Source: Xylographa opegraphella (Eukaryota). From it: a DNA stretch of 20,883 nucleotides. The DNA lies in contig JALDZX010000074.1 of the NCBI GenBank assembly GCA_022813865.1, positions 62,001-82,883 of the forward strand, in the 5' to 3' direction. The position numbers and the translations under genes are program-made. Numbering within the stretch: the stretch's first letter is position 1; each line of letters begins with the position of its first letter. The notes under the pieces were generated by a model that saw nothing but the letters and a program-made list of their open reading frames with translations, was not told the origin of the DNA and ran no database searches. Positions 10,410 to 20,883 of this stretch are shown here, piece by piece.

Positions 10410-13400
10410 CTATTCCAGCCACTTGTCATCCATCTCTTCCAAGAACTTCAAGTCAACATTCACAAAACTCTTCCACAGATCGACCTCTAACCGCCACGGT
10501 CTCGTCTGAATCGCGAAAGTGACCGCCGTCGCCATCTTCTGCAAGTCCTTCTCATCCTCGCCCATCACCAGGAACAGATCCCGCTTAACCACCACCCTCC
10601 CTTTAAATACACGCATGAACGGCTCTAGCCGCTCCTTGCAGTTGCGATGGACCGACCACTCCGAGTACGGCATATCCTTGGGGATGAGTTTCCACTCCCA
10701 AGTCCGGCCAATACAATCCCGGAACGACCATTGCCACCGCGTGCTGCCCAAAAGCATAAAAGGGTAGAAATGTGCGGCGGACCAGAGCTTCAGAAGGGCG
10801 AAGCGAGCCTGTGGGTTGTTCTTGTTATACTCGCGGGCGCGATTGCGCAGTGTCTCGGTTGTTATGAGGCGGAGATCGGTCATGTGGATGGCTCCGATGT
10901 TTAGTCGGTAGTCACAGTAGAGGTCGGCTTTGCGACCAGGTTCCTGGGCAGCGATCGCATAGCCTGCGGCTCCCTCGTAGCGGGAAGTAGTGAGCAAGCC
11001 TTCTTTGAACACTGGGTTGTATCCTGTGTTAGCAAGAAACTCCAACGACAAACAGATAATCGGTCGATCTCATGGGACGATTTTTAGACTCACAGCGCGC
11101 AATGATAGGCCGAATTGTCAAGTCCCAGTCAAAAGGATACTTGTGAACTTCTTCTTCCGTATGAAACGTGTCCCACTCTGCCCACAGTTGCTTCGGCATG
11201 CAAACATTACTGTGATGTGTCCTTCGATCAGGAGGTAGTCTTCTCATCCGCTCAGATTGATTGAAGAGAAGAGAATCCTTAAACTGAAGGCCACTATTGG
11301 ATTCGAAGAAGCCTGTTGGGAAAAAGAGACTCATCATTGCATAAGCTTTGCGCATATCATGAATCATCCGGCTTTGAACTTTTTTCTCTGGTCTCTGGCC
11401 CATCCATTCCAATATGTTCAGGCAGTGAAGAAGACGTATCTCCCCCGGAGCATTGTATCTTTGCATCTTCTTGATGGTTGTATTCGTCTCAGTATAACGT
11501 TCATTTGCGCCGGATTCCAAATCGGCTGCATGAAACATCGATTTAAGTGCTGCAAAACAGTAAGCAAGTGTAGAAGCACCAGAGTCGCAAGCTCAAATAC
11601 AACCTTTTGCCTTCTCTTTTTCGAACCAGTACCAGAAGTCCTCTTCTACATCGTAGTGGTCATCTTCTTTCTTATGACCACGTGGAACAATTACATCTGT
11701 GTCACTGTCATCTGATTCGCTGCCGGAGGCTCCTCCTGAAAGACTTTCTTCTATGCTGACCAAAGAGCCGCTTTTAGAATCAGATTTTCTCTGCTCGTCC
11801 AGGTCATTAGCATCGTCGCTTTCCTGACGTCCGTATCATCACTCTCGCTGCTGCTGTAACCTTCTATAAATTTATGTATATCAGGGCCGTCGTGCTCAAA
11901 TCTGTGTAACCTATGGGTGGGTTCTCGGAACACTAATACTTTTGACTGGTTGTCGCCGAATTCTTCCGGGAAAAGGACTTGGTCCTCCAAAGCATCAGCT
12001 TCGTCGTAGAAGAGATTTTTGGGTTGTTGTGCGTCGGTTCGAGTAACATCTCCAAAAACGAACTTCGTTCTTTCATCTGGATCTCGTCGTAGAGACCGAC
12101 GACATCTTCCCCAGGCTTAATTTTCCGAACGCGTTGGCTTTCCTTGTCTCTTGTAATAGTTTTCAAGACTGGCGCAGCAAGATTATAAAAGTCCGGTCCT
12201 TTACAGGATCGGTATGCTTTGACGAGAAGCTAACAAGGTCAGTAAACTAGCCAAGGTCGAAACATTTTGAGGTCTTCGCTTACGCCTTGGATAGTATTAT
12301 ACAGATCGGAATACTTCCCACCAGCCGCGTTGTCCCAGATATACAAATCGTAGTGTTCTACGAAGCCAAAGTGCCATCGTCGATGATCCTCCATCTCCTT
12401 AAAAAAGTCGGGTCCTATTTGTTTAATAACATTCCACTCATTTTTGGCAGCTCTCCCAATTCCGGATTTTTCTCGCAGTAGCCAGAGATCTTCCTGCGGA
12501 GGTTTTGATATTATTCGTCCGGTCTTCCGTCGCGAACTAAGATCAATATTTGGTTTGTCTGCATGGACAAATATTGAATGAAGCGACGACTTGCAGCATC
12601 GTCACGTTTGACATGTGCGCAGATAAAGTTACGAGCTTCAAATATCGCATGTGTGCTCCGACCACCACCTCGGGAACCGGACTGTTGATGCACCGATATC
12701 TCATCGGCTTCCGTAAACTCAAAATAGGTAATGAAGCCCTAGATAGTATTATATCCTCGTTGTTGCACCAGAGAATGTGTAATGGAATACCAGTTGGAGA
12801 AGTTGACTGCGAAAGTGATCGCCAACCCACGATAACCAATTGGAAGCCGGAAAATAAAGGAAAATAGCAAGAATATTAAGCTCGAAGAACTCATCCCAGT
12901 GCCTGCAGAGTCGAATAGCATCGTAGAGATCGCTGTCTCTAGCAATGATACTGAAATGGAACCAGCCCGCATGACTCATGGCTCTTTCGCTGCGGTAATT
13001 ATGTATCTTGCGTCCACAAACCTTAACAACCATCTTTTTGCGCTGATATTGTGCCTCGTTGTCGATAGCGCCAAAATCGATGACCTTGCCTTCATCTTCA
13101 TTTTCCATATTTGGATGACTGTCACCTCGCTGTTGCATAGTCTCGAGTCCCATTTCGCGTTCTGGTTTCCAGGTTGCTGGAAGTGCACCGGGCTTAGGTT
13201 TGAAGAACGATCTTGGTCTGGGTTCATCTTGCTCGTTCCCTACTTGGTTTTCTGGTAAAAGTTCTTCATTATTTTCCTCCTCGTCTTTCCGAGAAAGGTC
13301 CGCACAAGCATCGCGAATATCTTGGAGATCGGGCTTTTCCATCTTGATGCAAAGGTCTCTCAGATCTGCGATAGAAATTTGTTCGTCGTCAAGGAAAGCT

Positions 13401-14854
13401 TCCACGCTATCAGCACGAAGAGTAGCTGGGAATAGAGCGGCATGAGAAAGCAAGAGTCTGCAGAATAGTAGATGCTGTTGAAAATCAGGGCGTTAGCAGT
13501 CTGTGTTGTTGGTCCTTTACTATAGCGGATTAGGCCTAGCTTAGTGCAGAACTAGAGGAGTCTTCTGGAGCCCCGTGTCCAGAAGAACTCTTCACCTTCT
13601 TAGTGATTAAGCAATGCACTGTTACCTGCTGCCATTACCTGTGCCTAGTGATTAGTTTCAATAGATGCCTGATTTCTGACACTTCTTCTAACAAATGCTC
13701 AATCTCGTTGTCGGGTATTGGAGGAGATTTCTTGAGTAATTCTGGATTGACAATCAAGCCCTGCACGCGTAATGCGTGAGGCTCGTAGTTGATTTCAGTA
13801 CCCTCCTTGAGTCTTTGACGCATATGCGCCCTGGTCTCAGAGATATTCGTTGGCACCTCATCTGATTTCTCATTCTTAGCCTTGGCTTTTCTGGAAGCTT
13901 TGGTGGCCTTGGAGGCCTTGACAGCCATCGATGACACAGCAGTCTCATCAGAAACCATTGTCGGAGATTCAGATGAAAGCTTTGACCCGTTTGCCACGAC
14001 TCCTGAGCTAACGTCACCACTGGGAGGCTTTGAGTTCCCGGCAGCAAGGCTTTCTTCCCACAAGAAGTGCTTGATCAACTCCACGATGTCTCCACGATCA
14101 TTCTCAACAACTTCCTCAATGGGATCCCAACTACCCTCGAGATTTATTTCTTCTTGTAGCTTCCGCTCATTGTAAGCCTTGTCGAGGTATTCCTCCTGTC
14201 TTTGCTTTTCCTCTTTTGCACGTAGCGCTCTACGACGAGACTCCATTACCTTCGCATGACGCTTGAACAGCGCTGCCTCGCGCTTGATCCTTTTGCTTTC
14301 ATTGTCCCTATGTGTTTCCTCCTCGACTTGACATTCCCGAACCCATTTGAACCACTTCTGTTTCATATATTTCACATCCCCAATTCGCCGCGTAAGTCGT
14401 TCCAATGCTCGCAGGGTAATATATTTTTGACTCTGAAGGACGTCTAAGAAATGTTGATGGCCATAGTCTAAGCTCAATGAGAAGAAATGGCTACGATGGA
14501 GCTTTCGAGCACGGATAACGCGATCCAGAAGCTGATATCTGAGGTAAAGATGTTTTTGCAGTTCGTTCAGAAGTTCTTCAGACTCAACATCTGTGAAGTT
14601 CTGGTTCGCCAATGCGATTGGACTCTCAAGGAGATATTTGGGGGCAATGGCATTCAATGTATCAAGACGAGCATTGCGGTTCTTGTACCCACGGTAAAGA
14701 CCTGTATCTTAATGAGTACTGCCCGCACTCATGTAAAACCGGCAGTGCTACCTTGACATTGTTTTGAGTGCAGAGTACAGAATAACCCATTCAATGATGT
14801 TACCGGTGCTTTACATTTTTCGCCGTCGGATATATACAGTGCTGTGCACGACAT
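10410..14854 (-). pseudogene. Large (~1320 aa) fungal hypothetical protein, interrupted by a solo-LTR-like insertion and three -1 frameshifts
   Basis: Introns 14751-14702, 12790-12739, 12283-12230, 11603-11550, 11093-11012 link the listed ORFs. N-terminal Cys/His cluster (C..C..FCTLHSKQC), a charged coiled-coil-like stretch, and C-terminal WEWKLIPKDMPYSEW...DLWKSFVNVD. Frameshifts near 12526, 12078 and 11828; insertion at 13476-13663. Start at 14854, or in a further upstream exon near 15001-15023. Confidence 0.75.
13476..13663. mobile_element. 188-bp solo LTR-like element with 5-bp TSD (GATGC)
   Basis: Ends TGTTGAAA...TTTCAATA (7/8 inverted match), flanked by GATGC at 13471-13475 and 13664-13668. 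Removing the element plus one TSD copy restores the frame EIRHLLFCRLLLSHA. A homologous sequence lies at 20822-20883. Confidence 0.88.
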
Positions 14855-15845
14855 CGTTCGAAGGTTGCTTGTGGGCAGTGCTGACAAACCTAGAGAGTGT
14901 GGCGTCTATGAAGACTGCCTTAGTACTTCACATATCAATTAGACAGAAAGATACCCAAATTACATGTATTCCACTATAAGTGCTATAACATGGAAATAAA
15001 CCTTTTCCTTCCTCAGTCGCCATCTGTTCTTTTCTCCAGACTGTCTTCGCAGATCCTTTTGGGCCTGTATCAAGAAATAAACGATCCGCTTCCATGCGGC
15101 CCTCTCAAGTCGAAGGGTCCGTGAGGTTCTCTGTGTCCACATTCATTCTCCCGAGCCTAATGTGCTGACTTGCTGACGACTTCGCTTCTTCCGCTATCCT
15201 CTGTCCCTCTGCCATTCGCTCAGCCTCCGCAGCCTCCGCAATCTCCTTCACCCAGGCTATCTTGTCATTCTCCACTATCATATTCACCTGCTCCGCAATC
15301 AGAGGCAGTTCTTCTTCGGCGCTGCTCCATTTCGAGAATTGATGTAGTTTAAAGAATCTAGGCAAGCCCCTTCAAATCTGACATTAAATATGTGTGTTCC
15401 ATTTCAGGTCATGGGATACTCGCATGACCACTCCATCCAATCGAGATTTCGCCACCAGCTGCAGTGGCATTTCAATTCGTTTCAGTGGCTTGCTGGTTGG
15501 TGCATGAATGACGGCTGATTGTAGGCGATCTCGTTGGACAAACTCATGCAATACCCCTAGATCAGCTCAGCCTGACAAAAGATCTGATTGGCCAGAGTGA
15601 GGAAAGAGACACGTGTATGTACGGCAGCGCTGTAAATTGCCCTCCAGCAACGCTCTTTGCAAGTTCACCTTTGAAGCACGTTTGAAACAGTATCACGAAC
15701 AAGCCCCAGAGGCACAAAAACTAAAAGAATCGAGTCACTTGCATAGCTCTCAAGTAATTGCACACCATTTATATCATTTGCTGCGGTCGATTGAAGTTGT
15801 GTATATTTGAAAATGGTAATTGTATTTGTTGCTTAACTTGGTTTT

Positions 15846-16781
15846 TTAGGAAATGGCTGCTACCTCGTTTCCATCCGTGAGTCCGGTATCCAAAACTTCG
15901 TCTCGGTGAGTCCAGATATTCAGCCCAACTTTCTGACCTTTCTTCAGCGGCATACCCGCATGGAACGTCCCCTGATGATATGTGCTATTAGGATGCACGT
16001 TCGACCAGAAAATCGCGTTTCCTACGACAGGCTTAAAAGCTACGCCGCCTAACCCACTGTCGTCGTAACAGTCAATGACATCGCACCATCCCGGATGAAA
16101 ATCCTTCTTGAGCTCAGGGAAATGCGTAGCCCCACCCTCGCAATGACCGCTGTTACCGCTCTCTCCCGAATCACAGGCCAGATACACGAAGAATGTCGAG
16201 ATGCGCGGATTATCTGCGCCCTCCCACCAATCCCAGTGATGTCGATATTGATCGCCCGCTGTATATTTGACCACCTGGATGGCCTCGAGGCGGTCCACTG
16301 GAATGTTTCCTTGGAAGGCTGCAGAACGTTCCTCAATGCACTGGCTTACAGGATCCTCGTAGAAAGGGGCGGTCTGTGATGAGCGGTAGTCTGGAATACG
16401 AACGCCCACCCTATCATGACTAATAACTTCCGCAACCTGAGACTGCGTATACCGGTTTTCTGTCATCTTCACGATATACTCCCTCTCCGGCACGGTGATG
16501 TAGTTTTCGAGGTAGATAATAAGTGGATCCGTTGAAAAGATACGCGTCTTGTACGAGTGTTCCGGGCAAACCTTAGCATATTGCTCGTACAGCAGGTCGA
16601 AAGCTGAGACACTGTCGATGTTTGGGCTTGGACCGTGATCAAGTGAGGAGTCTGTTACTCGAATATTACTCTTGTCGAGCAACGTAGGGAGATTATTCCA
16701 CCTAAAATATAGCAGCGACAAAAGAGTCGGAAGTAGGGCAATACTGAGGCGAGGACCGCTGCTGAACGCTTTGGACGTCAT
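15846..16781 (-). CDS. Prolyl 4-hydroxylase-like 2OG-Fe(II) oxygenase, 311 aa, N-terminal signal anchor
   Basis: Intact intronless ORF. Hydrophobic N-terminal helix, DPLIIYLENYIT..E, EAIQVVKY..G..Y..HWD (HxD), RISTFFVYL, EGGATHFP, and HAGMPLKKGQKVGLNIW (distal His and 2OG-binding Lys) match the P4H catalytic domain. Confidence 0.9.
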   Translation of the reverse strand: MTSKAFSSGPRLSIALLPTLLSLLYFRWNNLPTLLDKSNIRVTDSSLDHGPSPNIDSVSAFDLLYEQYAKVCPEHSYKTRIFSTDPLIIYLENYITVPEREYIVKMTENRYTQSQVAEVISHDRVGVRIPDYRSSQTAPFYEDPVSQCIEERSAAFQGNIPVDRLEAIQVVKYTAGDQYRHHWDWWEGADNPRISTFFVYLACDSGESGNSGHCEGGATHFPELKKDFHPGWCDVIDCYDDSGLGGVAFKPVVGNAIFWSNVHPNSTYHQGTFHAGMPLKKGQKVGLNIWTHRDEVLDTGLTDGNEVAAIS

Positions 16782-17796
16782 CTTGCGGTGAATGAGAGAC
16801 AGGTTTACAGATCAATTTGGACCTGAAAGTATTGTGGAACGGAGAAGCACTCTGTTCGATAATATCCTTCATTTTTAACAGATCGACCAACTCTATTACC
16901 GGTAGAGTCTCATATTCTACTGGTACACTTCCGCAGCTGAACCGCACCGCAGTTGAGCTGAGACGGTTGCTATTCGCCGCAGCACAGCCCAAGCAGCGGC
17001 GTAGTATATGCCCGCCAGCGGTTGAATCTCGGTTAAGAGAAGACAGCCCTGACAGGAACGGATTTAATCGGCCCGTATTCGCCGTTCTTCCGAACATAAA
17101 GCCGCCCGAGCCTTATCAAAGCTTAACTCGACCTCAATCGCCAAAGGCATCGGGCGCTAGAGCTTCAGACGCGTATCCTACAGTAATCTGGACGTCACAG
17201 CTTGATGCTACGAGCGTAAAGCACCGCGCTGGTCGAATTCTTCATCGCAGTGTACAGAAAATTTCTTCACGTGCCCAAGTCCTTGTCTTTGTGAGACTTT
17301 TGCCCTGTTATGCCTGTCAACGGACTTGTTTCTGTCCCTTGAGTGGATAAGGGTCTGGCGGTTGGCGTTATGCTTTAAAGTGCCGAGGATTTTTGAGAAT
17401 TCCGCTGAGGAGTATCTTTGATGAGTCACCCAAAGCCGGAGTGCGAGTGTTTTGGTGCAGTATATGGGACGGATCATAAACGTTGGCGCCTGGTCAACGA
17501 GTTTAGAAAATGATCCGCTACATAATATTGGCCAGAAACAAGGAACAAGGATCACCTCAATCCAGAGAAACCTGTTCGGAAACAAACAATTGTTGTTTCT
17601 GTCTATGCCGCATTGAGTTACATGTGTGCCAGAACAAATGTGATTGCCAGAAATGGCAAAGCAATTTTGATCGCACTCCGCCTTCTGTCCGTATACCTGC
17701 CCACACCTTTTCGCTCTGTTCTTTATATAAAGTACACCACGGGCCATATTCAGGAATATGTCCCAACACCAATAGGTTAAAATCGAGTTCAAAGCT

Positions 17797-18302
17797 CTAC
17801 TCGTCGAGTTTATAATTTTCTCCAAAACCTTGCTCGTAGAGCTCAAAAGCCGCATCGAGATCGCGCTCATCAAGTTCCAAGTCCCCTCTCAGGCCACATG
17901 CGTAAAGCTCTGCGACACTGTATCCGAAGTCTCGTGCGTAAAGGCCGAAAACGAAGTCAGGCTCGGGCTCCCGCTTGCGACGAGAATGTGATACTGCATC
18001 CGTTCTTGCCCCCGGATTCGGATGCTGCGGCGGTGGCCCTTCACGATCAGGTGGGGACGGCGCTGGCTCCTCATGCGGAGTGCCTTGCCTAGCTGGACCG
18101 GGTGCCAATCCGCTGTTACTTCTACGAGGTGGGCGTCCCGAACAATGAGCGGCAGCTTCATTGCGGTCCATGCGGGGGCAGAAGATTCCAAATGTTCAAT
18201 GGGGCCTCGTTTGCGAAGATGACGATAGTAGTCATCCGATTGAGCAGGAGCGAGGCCGGCGAAGGTCGCTGTCGAGAGAATAGTAATGGTGCTGAAACGC
18301 AT
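17797..18302 (-). CDS. Small secreted Kex2-processed Pro-rich precursor (~168 aa), one -1 frameshift as assembled
   Basis: Signal peptide MRFSTITILSTATFAGLAPA and LRKR in ORF 17889-18302. The protein-like C-terminus (RRKREPEPD...LYARD...ERDLD) is in ORF 17797-18171. One extra C in the run at 18174-18178 fuses them (SAPRMDRNE). Confidence 0.65.
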
Positions 18303-18387
18303 GTTGGAAGATTGCTGGTGTAGTAGTATGCAGGAAACAGTATTTGAAAACTGTGATTGAGATACTTCTGCTGAAAATAGGTTTGTG

Positions 18388-18429
18388 GATGAGGATGAGG
18401 ATGAGGATGAAGATGAAGATGAAGATGAG
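18388..18429. repeat. Hexanucleotide microsatellite (GATGAR)x7
   Basis: GATGAG x3, GATGAA x3, GATGAG x1, lying between the TATA candidate and the ATG of the minus-strand secreted gene. Confidence 0.9.
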
Positions 18430-18463
18430 AGTGAGGATAGAGAAAGTGGGGAAAGTGAACGGC

Positions 18464-18469
18464 TTTATA
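18464..18469 (-). promoter_or_regulatory. TATA box candidate (TATAAA)
   Basis: GTATAAAG on the minus strand about 165 nt upstream of ATG 18302. Confidence 0.4.
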
Positions 18470-19068
18470 CCTTTCAGACGTTCTCTAGTGGAAGGCGAAC
18501 AATACTCTGTCGCATCTGAAGCCCCGGACAGCGCGCTGAAAATAAGAGATCGCAGTAGACGTGTGCGATAGTGAAAAGTATCATCGTGGTGACTCCAGGG
18601 ACGGCCTATGCATCGTTGTTTGATGACAGGCCGACTGAGCCCCAGGTATCCCCAGATTTGAGGTACCCAATGACCTTCACCTGACCATGTTGGTATGGCG
18701 CCAATCTGATGTTCTTATGAAACCGATCTGTTCTCGACTTGACGCCAACTTTTTATTTTCCAGCATATGCCACGACAAGCACTCGTTCCAACGAAAGCAA
18801 GCTTACCCCGAGTCGCCTGTGCTTGAAGCACAGTCCATATGGCGTTATTTCTACATGAGGCCTAGCAGTCGTCGCAGATCACATAGAAAGACGAGGATAT
18901 TCATATCTGCAATGAAACTTCACATTGGATAGGTATCTTGCACAACCAACCCGCATCATCCCATGTTCCTAAAGTCTCGCAGTCATAATTTCCAGCTGCT
19001 GGAACTTTTGAGTCGCAAAATCATCGCTTGAGATGCCAATATTGAAGACATAAATAGCTGCACTTTTA

Positions 19069-20574
<1,506 letters not shown>

Positions 20575-20821
20575 CTTCGCAGCCGAGGTCCCGCTAGCTA
20601 AACTTTGAGCACAGTCTTGCTAACCGCTTGGTTTGTGTTGATTCCCTCTAGCGTCACAAGCATTTATCGCACGCACCGTACCTTATGTTGCACCTGCAAC
20701 ACGGTAGACGCGACAGTCGCGTACGACCTAAAGTGGCTCGCGGGGGAAAAAAAAAGCGAGACGTACTAACCACATTAGAACACAATAATAACACAAACGC
20801 TTTGTCTTTATTATTCTTTAA

Positions 20822-20883
20822 TATTGAATTTAATCACTAGGCACAGGGGTTTTGGCAGCAGATAGCAGTGCATTGCTTAATCA
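20822..20883. mobile_element. Second copy of the LTR-like element, opposite orientation, truncated by the window edge
   Basis: TATTGAATTTAATCACTAGGCACAGG...CAGTGCATTGCTTAATCA aligns with the reverse complement of 13604-13663 (about 54 of 62 positions by manual alignment), starting exactly at the element terminus. Confidence 0.85.

Noticed and set aside
15105..15365. 86-aa minus-strand ORF with an Ala/Glu-rich helical stretch
   Set aside because: Looks like a coding remnant or an upstream exon, but I could not find a convincing start, splice path or family.
6326..16781. Classical secondary-metabolite cluster (oxidase plus dioxygenase)
   Set aside because: No PKS, NRPS, terpene synthase, transporter or cluster regulator is present, and the GMC gene is dead.
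17208..17873. 221-aa minus-strand ORF
   Set aside because: Overlaps the end of the secreted gene in another frame, has random-looking composition and no motif.
3915..18178. Programmed -1 ribosomal frameshifting as the explanation for the broken frames
   Set aside because: The sites lack a shared slippery heptamer or downstream structure and occur in unrelated genes; indel error or decay is simpler.

Overview
Filamentous-ascomycete-type fungal genomic DNA with short GT-AG introns and CTRAY branch points. About ten protein-coding loci can be read: the 5' part of an F-box-like gene (cut by the left edge), a RanBP2-type zinc-finger gene, two orphan multi-exon genes, a decayed GMC (alcohol-oxidase-like) pseudogene, two small secreted Pro-rich Kex2-site proteins, a ~1300-aa hypothetical protein, a membrane-anchored prolyl 4-hydroxylase-like 2OG-Fe(II) oxygenase, and an intact HAT2 (RBBP4/MSI1-family WD40) gene. 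The clearest unannotated structure is a 188-bp solo-LTR-like element with a 5-bp target-site duplication inside a coding exon of the large gene; a second copy begins at the right edge, upstream of HAT2. HAT2 requires a GC-AG intron. Several genes carry single-base (-1) frameshifts placeable at short base runs, which may be assembly errors. The most speculative idea is that the P4H and the neighbouring secreted Pro-rich precursor form a peptide-modification pair. All gene models were derived by hand, without database searches.
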